Shown one piece after another: positions 1 through 13,189 of a stretch of 64,000 nucleotides of DNA. Positions within the stretch are counted from its first letter, which is position 1; each line of letters starts with the position of its first letter. A model generated the notes under the pieces. The model saw nothing but the letters and a program-made list of their open reading frames with translations, was not told the origin of the DNA and did no database searches. A program made the translations under genes and the position numbers. The stretch covers positions 114,826,001-114,890,000 of the forward strand of contig NC_086108.1 in the NCBI RefSeq assembly GCF_963921235.1, given 5' to 3'. This stretch comes from Mobula hypostoma (lineage: Eukaryota).

Positions 1-345
1 GTGGAAACCTGATTGGATGAGGACTAATCAATCAGGAAGGAAGGAAAGAAAGACTGCAAGAGTATAAATACCACCAGACTAGACATGCCCAGGCATTATT
101 CCTGATGAAGATGGCAGAGTTGGTATTCGTCGGGATAAGAACATGTATATACTGGCATGGATAGGAGATTGGTTAACTGGCAAGAGGCAAAGAGTGGGGG
201 AAAAAAGGGAGCCTTTTCTGATTGGCTGCCAGTACCTAGTGGTGTTCCGTTCCACAGGTGTCTGTGTTGGGACCACATCTTTTCACGTTATACTGTATAT
301 CAGTAACTTGGATGATGAAATTGATGGCTTTGTAGCCAAGTTTTA

Positions 346-1355
346 AAGTTCAAAGCAAATTTAGTATCATTACTGTCACCATGTTCACTCAGAGATTCAT
401 TTTCTTGTGGGCATACTCAGTAAATCGAATAACCATAATAGAATCAATGAAAGACAACTGGGCAGACAGTGTGCAGAAGACAACAAACTGTGCAAATACA
501 AAAAAATTAATAATTATAAAAATGAATAAGCAATACACAACAAAAACCTGAGATGAAGAATTCTTGAAAGTCATTCCATAGGTTGTGGGAGTATTTCAGT
601 GATGGGGCAAATGAAGTTGAGTAAAGTTATTGCCTTTGATCAAGAGCCTGATGGTTCAGATGCATTAACTGTTCCTGAGGCCGGTGTTGTGAGTCCTGAT
701 GGCAGCAACAAGAAGAGGACATGACCTGGGTGGTGGAGGTCCCTGCCGATGAATACTACTTTCCTGTGACACTACTCTGTGTAGATGTACTCAGTGGTGG
801 AGAGGGCTTTATCTGTGATGAACTGGGTTGTATCCACTACTTTTTGTAGGATTTCCCATTCAAGGACGTTGGTGTTTCCACACCAAACTGTGATGCAGCC
901 AGCCAATATACTCTCCACCACACATCTATAGAATTCTGTCAGTTTTAGATGTCATGCTGAATCAAACCGAAGGAAGTAGAGGCATGGTCAAGCTTTCTTC
1001 ATAATTACACTTACGTGCTGTGTCCAGGACAGGTCCTCTGAAATGGTAACACCCAGGAATTTAAAGTTGCCGACCCTCTCGACCTCGGATCCCCTGATGA
1101 GGACTGGCTCATGGACCTCCTGTTTCCTATTCCTGAAGCCAATAATCAGCTCCTTCATCTTGCTGACATTGAGTAAGAGTTTGTTGTTGTGGCACCACTC
1201 AGCCAGATTTTCAATCTCCCTCCTATATGCTGATTCATCACCACCTTGATTCAACCTACGACAATGATGTTATCCGCAAGCTTGAAAATGGTGTTGGAGC
1301 CGTGCTTAGCCACACAGCTATTGGTGTAAAGCAAATAGAGCAGGGGGCTAAGCAT
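346..1355 (-). mobile_element. Rex1/Babar-clade LINE, 5'-truncated
   Basis: ORF 988-1254 GDESAYRREIENLAEWCHNNKLLLNVSKMKELI...FKFLGVTISEDLSW; (ttgaac)-like tail near 346. Confidence 0.8.
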
Positions 1356-2429
1356 ACAAACAAGAAAATAGTCTGTGCTTTTATTTCATCTACCAAAGTA
1401 CATGACCATACACTTTCCAACATTGTATTCCATCTGCCACTTCTTTGCCCATTCTCCTAATCTGTCCAAGACCTTCTTCAGCCTCCCTGCTTCCTCAACA
1501 CTCCCTGCCCCTCCACCTATCTTTATATCATCCACAGACTTAGTCACAAAGCCATCAATTTCATCATCCAACTCATTGACATATAACATGAAAAGAATCG
1601 GTCCTAACACAGGCCCCTGTGGAAAACCACTAGTCACTGGCAGCCAACCAGAAAAGGCTTCCTTTGTTCCCACTCTTTGCCTCCTGCCAATCAGCTAATG
1701 CTCTTTCCATGCTAATATCTTTCTTGTAATACCATGAAGTCTTATCATACTAAGCAGCCTCTTGTACAGCACCTTGTCAAAGGCCTTCTAAAAATCTGAA
1801 ATTGAGAGAGCAGGGAGTCTGCAGAAAGACTTGGATAGATTAGGAGAATAGGCTAAGAAGTGGCAGACAGAATACATGTCAGAAAGTGTATGCTCATGCA
1901 TTCTGATAGAAGCAAAAAGGCGTAGACTATTTTCTTAGCAGGGAGAAAATTCAAAACCCAGAAGTGCAAAGGGACGTGGGAGTCCTCGTGCAGAATTCCC
2001 CAAAGGTTAACTTGAAGATTGAGTCAGTGGTAAGGAAGGCAAATACAATGTTAGCATTCATATTGAGAGTACTAGAATACAAGAGCAGGGATGTAATGCA
2101 GTGGCTTTATAAGGCACTGGTGAGACCACACTTATTGTGAGCAGTTTTGGGCCCCTTATCTAAGAAAGGATGTGCTGAATATTTGAGTACTGTATATTTA
2201 AAGTGGAGGTTGATAGATTCTTGATTCATCAGGGTGTCAAAGGGTACAGGATGAAGGCAGGAAAATGGGATTAAGAAGGGTAATAAATCGGCCAAAATGG
2301 AGTGGTGGAGCAGACTCGATGGGCCATATATCTTAATTTATTTCAATGTCTTGTGGTTATAACGGTGAAGAATATCTCTGATCGCACAACACATTGATCT
2401 TGAAGTGGATGGGCTACAGCATGAGAAGA

Positions 2430-3735
2430 TGATGTATCTACAGTTCTGATCAAAAAGCTCCAAAAAGCTGGGCCTCTGTACCTCCCTCTGCTACTGGATC
2501 CTCAACTTCCTCACCAGAGGACCATGGTCTGTCCGGTTTTTGTAAATAATATCTCCATCTTGCTGATAATCAACACTGGTGCATCTCAAGGATGTGTACT
2601 TAGCCCACAGTTCTACTCTCTCTACATCCATAACTGTGTGGCTAGGCACAGCCCAAATGCTATCTATAAATTTGTTGATGACACAACTATTGTTGGCAGA
2701 ATTTTAGATGATGATGAGAGGGCATACACGAGCGAGATAGATCTGCTGGTTCAGTGGTGTCACAGCACCAACCTTGCAGTCAACGTCAGTAAGACCAAAG
2801 AATTGATTGTGGACCAGAAAGCGCAAGACGAGACGAGGGAGCACACACCAGTCCTCATCAAGGGAACAGAAGTGGAAAGTGTGAGCAATTTCAAGTTTCT
2901 GGGTGTCAACATTTCGGAGGGTCTATCCTGGCAGTTGATTCAGTTCCAAAGGAGGCACAGCAGCAGCGATATTTTATTTGGAGTTTGAGGAGATTTGGTA
3001 TATCACCAATTTCTTACAGAAGAACCACGGAGAGCATTCTAACTGGCTGCATCACAGTCTGGTATGGTAGGGGGCTACTGCACAGGATCAAAGTAAGCTG
3101 CAGAAAGTTGTAAACTGAGTCGACTTCATCGATGGCACAAACCTTCCTAGCATCTTCAAGGAGTGATGCCTCAAAAAGGCAGCTTCCTTCTTTAAACCCG
3201 GCTGGTGGTGTAGTGGCACCAGCGCTGGACTTCGGGACGAAAGGTCCCAAGGTCGAATCCAGCCGGCTCCCCTGCACGGTTTCCATCTGTGCTGGGTTAC
3301 GAGCTGGTGATCTCTTTGGAAACTCACCCGGCAGAAGGCAATGGCAAACCACTGCTGTAACTTGCCTCGTACGCGGTTCCCCACTACGTCAGAGGGGCGT
3401 GGAGAGAAATTGTCCACTAACCGGAGAAACTCCGGATGCGACGTTCCTTTCCTTTCCATTAAAGTTCCCCCATCACCCAGGACGTGCCTTCTTCTCAGTG
3501 CCACCATCTGAGAGGAGGTACAGGAGCCTGAAGGCACACACTCAATGTTTCAGGAACAGCTTCTTTCCCTTTGCCATACAACTTCTGAATGGACAATGAT
3601 CCCATAAACATGACTTCACTACTTTTTCTCTTTTTGCATCACTTACTTAATTTAAATATATATCAAATGTAATTTACAGTTTTTATTTTGTATTGAAATG
3701 TACTGCTGCCACATAACAAATTTCACAACACATGT
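2430..3735 (+). mobile_element. Rex1/Babar-clade LINE fragment, interrupted by a SINE
   Basis: NTGASQGCVLSP...KFVDDTTIVG...DDERAY; C-terminal RRYRSLKAHTQCFRNSFFP. Confidence 0.85.
3197..3455 (+). mobile_element. tRNA(Pro)-like-headed SINE with RTE-type segment and (ttcct)n tail
   Basis: GGCTGGTGGTGTAGTGG...CTTCGGGAC...GGTCGAATCC (A/B boxes, CGG loop); AGAAGGCAATGGCAAACCACT motif; splits the Rex1 frame. Confidence 0.6.
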
Positions 3736-4729
3736 TTTACAGCCAGTAGGTTTTACGGGGAGATCCCAATCAGCTGGACAAGTTTACTGAGGAATGGCAA
3801 ATGCAGTTTAATTCGAATAAGTGTGAATTCAGGGAAGACAAATGATGGTGGGAATTTCACAGTGATTCAAGTCTATGGAATGAGAAGCCAGAGGAAGTTG
3901 TTGACGCACATACATTAACAAAATTTAAAAGGTACATGGATAGGAAAGATTTAAAGGCAAATCGGCCAACTGTGGGCAAGTGGGACTGCCGTAGATGGGA
4001 ATCTTGGTCAGCATGGCTGAATGGCCGGTTTCCCCGTTGTACAATATTGTGTCTGCATTCAACACCTGATCAATTGGAGACTTAAGAGAACTGAATTCCA
4101 ATGTTTTTTAAGCCTCAAATCTCAGCCCAGAACTGCCAAGCATATTCTCTGACTATATCCTCACACACTCCTGCAGCCCTTTGCATCTCCCCAGTTAATC
4201 CTTCACCCTTCCTACCCCACCCAAAGCAGAAGATACATTAACACTGGCTTGATCTCAGTTGGAAGAGGTTCCAACAATTCCACCTCACTGCTGCACTGAG
4301 TCACAGAGCACTACCACACAGAAACTGGCCTTTCAGCCCTCTAGTCTCCACTGAGATGTTACTCTGCTTCGTTTCATTGACCTGCACTTGGAACATGACC
4401 CTCCATATCACTCCCATCCGTGTACTTATCCAAACTGCTCTTAAGTGTGGCGATCAAACCTGCGTGCACCACTTCTTCTGGCAGCTCGTTCCCACCTCTG
4501 AGTGAAGAAATTTCCCCTCATGTTCCCCTTAAACAGTTCACCTCATTTCACCCATCACCCATAACCAATTACCTCTAGCTGCAGTCTCACCTAACCTCAG
4601 TGGGCAAAGCCTGCTTGCTTTTACCCTATCTATACCCACCCATAATTTTGTATAGCTCTATCAAATCTCCCCTCAATCTCCTGGATTTGGGCATTGTTGA
4701 TCATACACACATCCTGCATTAATAAGACC

Positions 4730-7700
4730 ATAAGACATAAAAGCAGGATTAGGCCATCTGGCCCATCAAGTCTGCTCCATCATTCAATCATAGCTGATAC
4801 TTTTTCTCAATCTCCTCTTAAATCCCAGTTCCCGGCCTTCTCCCCATAACCTTTGATGCCATGTCCAATCAAGAACCTATCAATCTGTGTTAAATACGCT
4901 CAATGACCTGGCCTCCACAGCTGCAAGTGGCAACAAATTCACCACCCTTTGACTAAAGAAATTTTTCCGCATCTCTCTTTTGAAAGGATGCCCCTCTATA
5001 CTGAGGCTGTGCCTCTTGTCCTAGACTCCCCCACCATGGAACATCCTTTCAACATTCGAAAAGTTTCTATGAGATCCCCCCTCATCCTTCTGAATTCCAG
5101 TGAGTTCAGACACAGAGCCATCAAATATTCCTTGTATGATAACCTTTCATTCCTGGAATCATCCTTGTGAACCTCCCTTGGACCCTCTCCAATGCCAGCA
5201 CATCTTTTCTAAGATGAGGGGCCCAAAACTGTTCACAATACTCAATGTGAGGCCTCACCAGTGCCTTATAAAGCCTCAGCATCACATCCTTGCTCTTGTA
5301 TTCTAGACCTCTTGAAATGAATGCTAACATAGCATTTGGCTTCCTCAAGTTGAACTGGAAAATAACCTTCAAGGGTGTTTTGCACAAGGACTCCCAAGTC
5401 CCCCTGTATCTCAGATTCCTGGATTTTCTCCCCATTTAGAAAATAGTCCGCACATTTATTTAGAAACATAGAAACATAGAAAATAGGTGCAGGAGTAGGC
5501 CATTCGGCCCTTCGAGCCTGCACCGCCATTTATTATGATCATGGCTGATCATCCAACTCAGAACCCAGCCTTCCCTCCATACCCCCTGACCCCTGTAGCC
5601 ACAAGGGCCATATCTAACTTCCTTTTATACTACCAAAGTGCATGACCAACATTGTATTTCATTTGCCACTTTCTTGCCCATTCACCCAAGTCCTTCTGTC
5701 TTCTCAACACTACCTGCCCCTCCACCAATCTTCATATCATCTGCAAACTTGGCAACAAAGCCATCTATTCCATCATCCAAATCATTGATATACAGCATAA
5801 AAAGAAGTGGTCCCAATACCGACCCCTATGGAACACCACTAGTCACTGGCAGCCAACCAGAAAAGGATCCTTTTATTGCCACTCACTGCCTCCTACCAAT
5901 CAGCCAATACTCTAACCATGCCAATAACTTTCCTGTAATACCATGGGCTCTTAAGCAACCTCACGTATGGCATTTTGTCAAAGGCCTTCCGGAAGTCCAA
6001 GTATACAACATCCACTACATTTCCTTTATATATCCTACTTGTAATCTCAAGGAATTCCAATAGGTTTGTCAGGCAGGATTTTCCCTGAAGGAAACCATAC
6101 TTATAAAGCCTCAGTACTTGTACTAAGTACTGACTTTGTACTATCTTGTCGTGTAGCACCAAGTACTCCATCACCTTATCCTTGACAATTGACTCTAACA
6201 TCTTCCCAACCACTGAGGTCAGGCTAACTGGACTATAATTTCCTTTCTGCTGCCTTCCTCCTTTCTTGAAGAGTGGAGTAACATTTGCAATTTTCCAGTC
6301 CTCTGACACCATGTCAGAATCCAATGATTTTTGAAAGATCATTTCTAATGCCACCACAATCTCCAACGCTACCTCTTTCAGAACCCTAGGGTGCAGTTCC
6401 TCTGGTCCGGGTGACTTATGTACCTTTAGGTCTTTCAGCTTTTTGAGCACCTTCTCCCTTGTAATAGTAACTGCACCCACTTCTCTTCCTTCACACACTA
6501 CAACATCAGACATACTGCTAGTGTCTTCCACAGTGAAGACTGATGCAAAATACTCATTTAGTTCATCTGCCATCTCCATTTTCTAGTGGTCCTATATTCA
6601 TTCTTGTTTCTCTTTTATTTATAACATACTTGAAAAAGCTTTACTATCGACTTTGATATTATTTGCCAGCTTGCTTTCATATTTCATCTTTTCCCTTCTA
6701 ATGATTTTTTTTAGTTGCTCTCTGTAGGTTTTTAAAAACTTCCCAATCCTCTATCTTCCCACTAATTTTTGCTTTGGTCTATGCCCTTTCTTTTGCATTT
6801 ATAATAGCTTTGACTTCCCTTGTTAGCCATGGTTGTGCTATTTTACCATTTGAGTATTTCTTCATTTTTGAAATACACATGTCCTGCACTTCTTAATTTT
6901 TCCCAGTAACACACACCATTGCTGCTCTGTTGACATCCCTGCCAGCAGCTCCTTCCAATTTACTTTGGCCAACTCCTCTCTCATACCACTGTAATTTCCC
7001 TCACTCCACTGAAATACTGCTGCATTAGACTTTACTTTCTCCCTATCAAATTTCAGGTTGAACACAATCATATTGTGATCACTGTCCCCAGAGAGTTCTT
7101 TTACCTTAAGCTTACTATTCGCCTCCGGTTCATTACTTAACACCAAATCCAGTCTAACTGATCCCCTTGTAGGCTCAATGACAAACTGCTCTAAAAAGCC
7201 ATCTCTTAGGCATTCAACAAACTCACTCTTTTGATATCCGTTACCAACCTAATTTTCCCAATGAACCTGCATGTTAAAATCTCCCATGACTACCATAACA
7301 TTGCCCTTCTGACTCACTTTTTCTATTTCCTGTTGTAACCTGTGGTCCACCTCCCAGCCACTGTTGGGAAGCCTGTATATAAATGCCATCATGACTCCGC
7401 CATCATTAAGAGCTCTATATAACTCTTTCTTGAAAGCATCTAGAGAATTGGCCTTCACTGCCTTCTGAGGCAGAGCATTTTACAAATCCACAACTCTCTG
7501 GGTGAAAAAGTTTTTCCTCAACTGTTCTAAATTGTCTACCCCTTATTCTCAAATTGTGGCCTCTGGTTCTGGACTCACCCAACATCAGAAACATGTTTCC
7601 TACCTCTAGCGTGTCCAATCCCTTAATAATCTTATATGTTTCAATCAGATCCCCTCTCATCCTTCTAAATTCCAGTGTATACAAGCCCAGTTGCTCCAAT

Positions 7701-8430
7701 CTTTCAACATATGACAGTCCCGCCATCCCAGGAATTAACCTCGTGAACCTACCTGCACTCCCTCAATAGCAAGAATGTCCTTCCTCAAAGGTACATTACA
7801 TCCACTGGCTCTCCCTTGTCCATTTTCATAGTTACATCCACAAAAAATTCCAGAAGATTAGTCAAGCATGATTTCCCCTTTGTAAATCCATGCTGACTCG
7901 GACCGATCCTGTTACAGTTATCCAAATGTGCCGCTATTTCATCTTTTATAATTGACTCCAGCATCTTCCCCACCACTGATGTCAGGCTAACTGATCTATA
8001 ATTCCCTGCTTTCTCTCTCCATCCTTTCTTAAAAAGTGGGATAGCATTAGCTACCCTCCAGTCCTCAGGAACTGATCCTGAATCTATAGATCATTTTCCA
8101 ATGTTCACTAATGCATCCACGATTGCTTGCACATTCTGGACACCCACCACTCTCTACATTAAAAAAAACTTGCCCTTCACATTTCCTTTGAAATGAACCC
8201 TCTCACCTTAAATACATGCTCTCTTGTATTAGACATTTCAACCCTGTGAAAAAGATACTGTCTGCCTCCCTCACTTGTGCTTCTCATGATCTTATAAACC
8301 TGTATCGGATCTCCCCTCAGCCTCCGTCGCTCCAGAAAGAATAACCCAAGTTTGTCCAAACTTTTGTTATAGCACATTCCCTCTAATCCAGGCAGCATCC
8401 TGGTGAACTTCTTCTGTACCCTCTCCAAGA
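4730..8430 (-). mobile_element. Cluster of degenerate CR1 LINE ORF2 fragments (APE-RT-3' end)
   Basis: ORFs 5121-5435, 5893-6579, 6862-7146, 7249-7458, 7415-7726, 7785-7976, 8177-8428 with CR1 motifs (GNYx[24 protein letters not shown]). Confidence 0.9.
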
Positions 8431-9229
8431 CTGCAGCATTTCATGTCTGTTGCTGCATTAACAGCATCTGCTGAATCCCTTGTGTTTAAGATTGAAAGGA
8501 GAGCTAAAGGGCAAGTTTCTCCACACAGAGGGCAGTGGGTATATGGAATGAAGTTCAGGAGGTGGGGACAATTACAATGTTTAAAAGACATGGACAGGAA
8601 AAGTCTGAAGAGAAATGGGCCAAAGGTGAAAAAATGGAACTGGCTTAGGAGACATTAAAGGGCAACAGAAGGATACAGGGAGAAGCCAGGAGAATGAGGT
8701 TGAACATAGAACATAAAAAAAATCATAGAATAGTACAGCCCAGTACAGGCCCTTCGGCCCACAATGTTGTACCGACCCTCAAACTCTGCCTCCCATATAA
8801 CCCCCCACCTTAACTTCCTCCATATATATGTCTAGTAGTCTCTTAGATTTCATGATTGCGAAGTTGTTGAGAGGGATAATGAATCAGCCTTATGGAATGG
8901 TGGAGCAGACTTGATGGGCTGAATAGCCAAATTCTGCTTCTGTCTTCTGATCTTATTTTGGTCTATGTGGATGGGTTTGACTGACTTTATTGTGTAACTT
9001 TGAATACATGCTGACCATCAACCACTCATTGACACTGATCCCATTTCATTCTCCCCACTCTCCCATCGACTCCCCACATATTCCACCCCTCACCCCCACA
9101 CTGGGGACAATTTACAGTGTACAATTAACCCACTGACCTATATGTCTTTGGGATGTGGGAAGAAACTAGAGCACCAAGGGGTCACAGGGAGAACATGCAA
9201 ACTCCACAGACACAGCATCAGTGACTCAC

Positions 9230-9694
9230 CCCAATTGGAAGCCTCCAGCAGGTGAAATAACTTCTGGTCGATGCCCCAGACATTCCCAGCTCTGTCTCCC
9301 TGTGTTGTCCCAGCAGAAAGTTTACCAGCTGGCTTCCCGACGAAGTTAGTGGGCACGGTTCGGAACATGTGTGCCAGAGCATGGTGCCCACAGGCACAGT
9401 AATTCCACACCAGCCTCGGCTCCTGGGTGTGATGTTGGGGACGAAACATCTCTTTGCTGCCTCTTTGCCCAGTCTTGAGACGAACATGGGAGAGCTGGGG
9501 GTGATTGTCTGAACTTTCTGATGACACAGCCTCTCCTAGATGTTTCCCGGTAAAGTCACAGTGAGGAAGCCCCTCATGGATCTGGTTCCTTGGGTGTCCT
9601 GACTCTGGCCTGCTTACTGGCCATCTCTTCTTCCTGGGACACACTCCCTTCCTATACAGGACAGTGACAACTGCCACTGTCAGTCCCATTGCTC
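9230..9694 (-). pseudogene. LRRC53: LRRC53 TM/cytoplasmic exon (open frame, 465 nt)
   Basis: cctttcAG acceptor in phase 1; GAMGLTVAVVTVLYRK (cf. GAVGLTCLGLVVFNWK) completes the TM begun in the previous exon; HEGLPHCDFT resembles HTKGYCNCHLT; G|GTGAGT donor. Confidence 0.75.
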
Positions 9695-9892
9695 CTGAAA
9701 GGGAGGGGACAGGGACGGTTAAAAGGAGAGCAGGAAACAGTGATAAAAGCAGGACTGATGGGAAGTCTCGGTGGGTCGGGTTGTGTCTGTGGAGACAGTA
9801 ATATTTCACCCATCCAATCCGTCAGAACCATGCAGGAGAAAAAATAAATCAGTGTTCAGTTACTTAGAAGAGTGGATAGAACAAGAGTGACA

Positions 9893-10026
9893 AACATGAG
9901 AAAATCAGCAGATGCTGGAAATCCAAGCAACACACACAAAATGCTGGAGGAACTCAGCAGGCCAGGCAGCATCTATGGAAAACAGTAAACAGTCGATGTT
10001 TTGGGCCGAGACCCTTCATCAGGACT
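9893..10026 (-). mobile_element. Penelope-like element 3' end with degenerate minimal hammerhead motif
   Basis: Minus strand AGTCCTGATGAAGGGTCTCGGCCCAAAACATCGACT followed by the GATGCTGCCTGGCCTGCTGAGTTCCTCCAGCA tail. Confidence 0.75.
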
Positions 10027-13000
10027 CATATCTGTGATGAGGTGAGACTAAAGAGATTGGAGAAGTAGGTACAGCAGGCAATGAAGAAAGCTAATGGCAT
10101 GTTGACCTTCATAACAAGGGGAGTTGAGTATAGGAGCAAAGAGGTCCTTCTGCAGCTGTACAGGGCCCTGGTGAGACCACGCCTGGAGTATTGTGTACAG
10201 TTTTGGTCTCCAAATTTGAGGAAGGACATTCTTGCTATTGAGGGTAGGTTCACAAGGTTAATTCCCAAATTTGAGGAAGAACATTCTTGCTATTGAGGGT
10301 AGGTTCACAAGGTTAATTCCCGGGATGGCAGGACTGTCATATGTTGAAAGATTGGAGCGACGGCTTGTATACACTGGAATTTAGAAGGATGAGAAGGGAT
10401 CGGATTGAAACATAAGATTATTAAGGGGATGGACTTGTTAGAGGCAGGAAACATGTTTCTGATGTTGGGGGAGTCCAGAACCAGAGGCCACAATTTGAGA
10501 ATAAGGGGTAGGCCATTTAGAACGGAGTTGAGGATAAACTTTTTCACCCCAGAGAGTTGTAGATCTGTGGAATACTCTGATTGTCTCAGATTAGACAGCC
10601 TTGGTCTGTTCCGTGGTACTAAAGGCAGAGATATGATACATGATGGGTGGCAGTGTGGAGATACGTCTCTACCAAATAAAGTGTAAGGCTCTCCTTCCCT
10701 CTGCTAGCCTGCAGGTCACCCTTGGGCAAGGTGTGGCACCCACTTAGTCCCCCAATCAGGTTATATGATCTACCGTGTCTGTGCTAACCATAATGTTAAA
10801 TTAAGTTAATCCCATCTTCCTGCACATGGTCCATGTCTCTCCATTGTCTGCATATTCACGTGTCTACCTAAAGCAAACACCTCAATCGTACCAGCCTCCA
10901 CTCATCCACAGCGATCACTGGTGTGTGACTCTGATCTGAGCACGAGCTCCTGCCCTTGACTTCTAACTCCCTCTCATCATCTTCTTAAACCCATCATCCC
11001 TACTGGGGCATAGTCCTCTGTCCTGGCCAGTCTTTCCAGTTGTCTTCATGGTGTATCCCTTCTCTCCCAGGGATGATGGTGTTTCTGTAGCTTTGGGTTT
11101 TTACAGGATTTGGTTGCCACCTCCATGCTCCTCATTTCACAACCAGGCTTGGGACCATCCATGGAGGAGTTGACTCCTCCTTATCCCTGTCACTAAACTT
11201 TAACCAGACCCTTAACTCGCGGCATTGTCCCCAAAACCACCCCTACAAACACAAGAACAGGCAACTGTCTGAGCCACAGCATCAGTGCGGTTTGACAGTC
11301 TGAATACTTGGAGATCACTGACTCTGAGAACTCAAAAAGGTTCAAGATACATTCTGCTAATCCAGCACATGGGAGGGTTGCTGAGGATGTTGGATTAACA
11401 GATGTCTCTGATATTACTCCCGTAAATACCCAACAAAATCCAACAGATATGGCTTGTCAGTTATGGTTGACAGCTCATCTAGGAGAAGGAAAACTCTGAT
11501 CTCAAACCTCCACTGCCTTGCGGCTACATATGCTCATGGGGAAGGCTTCAGGACTAAACTCAGGAAAAATCTGGAGCTGGGGTCCCTAAGGCAGTCGAGT
11601 TCAACACTGACTGGCATCTCCTGCAACGCTGATGTCAAACTGTATCAGATCCTCCTTTCGATTCATCATCTTCATGGAGAGGGGGAGCACGCTGCATGGG
11701 CAGTTGCTCTCTCTATATCATTCTGACCCGGCTTGTGTAAACTATGTAGACAGCCCAAACCAACGGACAGCATCGCTCAGAATATCCCAACACACAGGGT
11801 TAACTACCATTCCTTAGATGTCACGTGGTGGTACAATTTTTCCTCTGAATATTGTAAGTTTAGATGGAGAATGGCATTCCAAGTGAGCGGACAGGGTGCC
11901 ACGCATGAGGCTGATTAACAAAGTAAGATCCCATGGTATTATAGGAAGGATACCAGCGTGGACAGAGGATTGGCCAAGAGGCAGGAGGTACAGATTGGGA
12001 ATAAATGGGGCCTATTCTGCTTGGCTGCTGGTGACTAGTCAGTGTTGAGACAATTTCTTTTCACCTTATATGGGAATGATTTCAATGACTGAATTGATGG
12101 TTTTGGCTCAGTTTGCAGAATATACAAAGATAGAACATAAGATACAGGGGCAGAATTAGGCTATTTGGCCCATCGAGTCTGCTCCTCCTTTTCATTATGG
12201 CTGATCCATTTTCCCTCTCAGCCCCAATCTGCTGCCTTCTCCCCATATCCCTTAAATGCCCTGACCATCCAAGAATCTCTGGGTGGTGGTGCAAGTAGTG
12301 TTGAAGATGCAGGGAGTGGGCAGGAGGACCTAGACAGCTTAGGAGAATGAGCAAAGAATTGGCAGATGGAATACAGTGTAGGGAAGTGTATAGTCTTGCA
12401 GTTTAATAGAAGGAATTAAGGCATACACACAGGATGTCCCTTTAGAATGGAGATGAGGGTGAATTTCTTTAGCCACAGGGTGGTAACTCTGTGGAATTTA
12501 TTGTGACGAATGTCTGTAAGGCAAGTCATTGGGTGTGTTTAAAATGGAGGTTGATAGATTCTTGATTAGGCAGGGCATCAAAGGTTACAGGGAGATGGCA
12601 GGAGAGTGGGATTCAGCCATGCTGAAGGGCGGAGCAGACTTAGTGGGTCGAGTGTCCAGTTCTGGTCACCTCACTATAGGAAGGATGTGGAAGCATTGGA
12701 AAGGGTACAGAGGAGATTTACCAGGATGCTGCCTGGTTTAGAAAGTATGCATTATGATCAGAGATTAAGGGAGCTAGGGCTTTACTCTTTGGAGAGGAGG
12801 ATGATGAGAGGAGACATGATACATGATAGAAGTGTACAAGATAATAAGAGGAATAGATAGAGTGGATAGCCAGCGCCTCTTCCCCAGGGCACCACTGCTC
12901 AATACAAGAGGACATGGCTTTAAGGTAAGGGGTGGGAAGTTCAATGGGGATATTAGAGGAAGGGTTTTTACTCAGAGTGGTTGGTGCGTGGAATGCACTG

Positions 13001-13189
13001 CCTGAGTCAGTGGTGGAGGCAGACACACTAGTGAAGTTTAAGAGACTACTGGACAGGTATAGGAAGGAATCTAAGGTGGGGGCTTATATGGGAGGCAGGG
13101 TTTGAGGGTCGGCACAACATTGTGGGCTGAAGGGCCTTACTATGCTGTATTATTCTATGTTCTATGAGTGGCCTAATTCTGCTCTGATA

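Noticed and set aside
1..125. Second Penelope-type terminal repeat with hammerhead start (CTGATGAAGATGGC)
   Set aside because: Truncated by a CR1 fragment before any GAAA core, so it cannot be called a ribozyme.
3199..3272. Functional tRNA-Pro gene
   Set aside because: Stems pair poorly and the sequence continues into a SINE body and tail.
10640..11730. RTE-like 5' fragments possibly containing an HDV-like ribozyme
   Set aside because: I could not fold a nested double pseudoknot by eye; the family assignment is also tentative.
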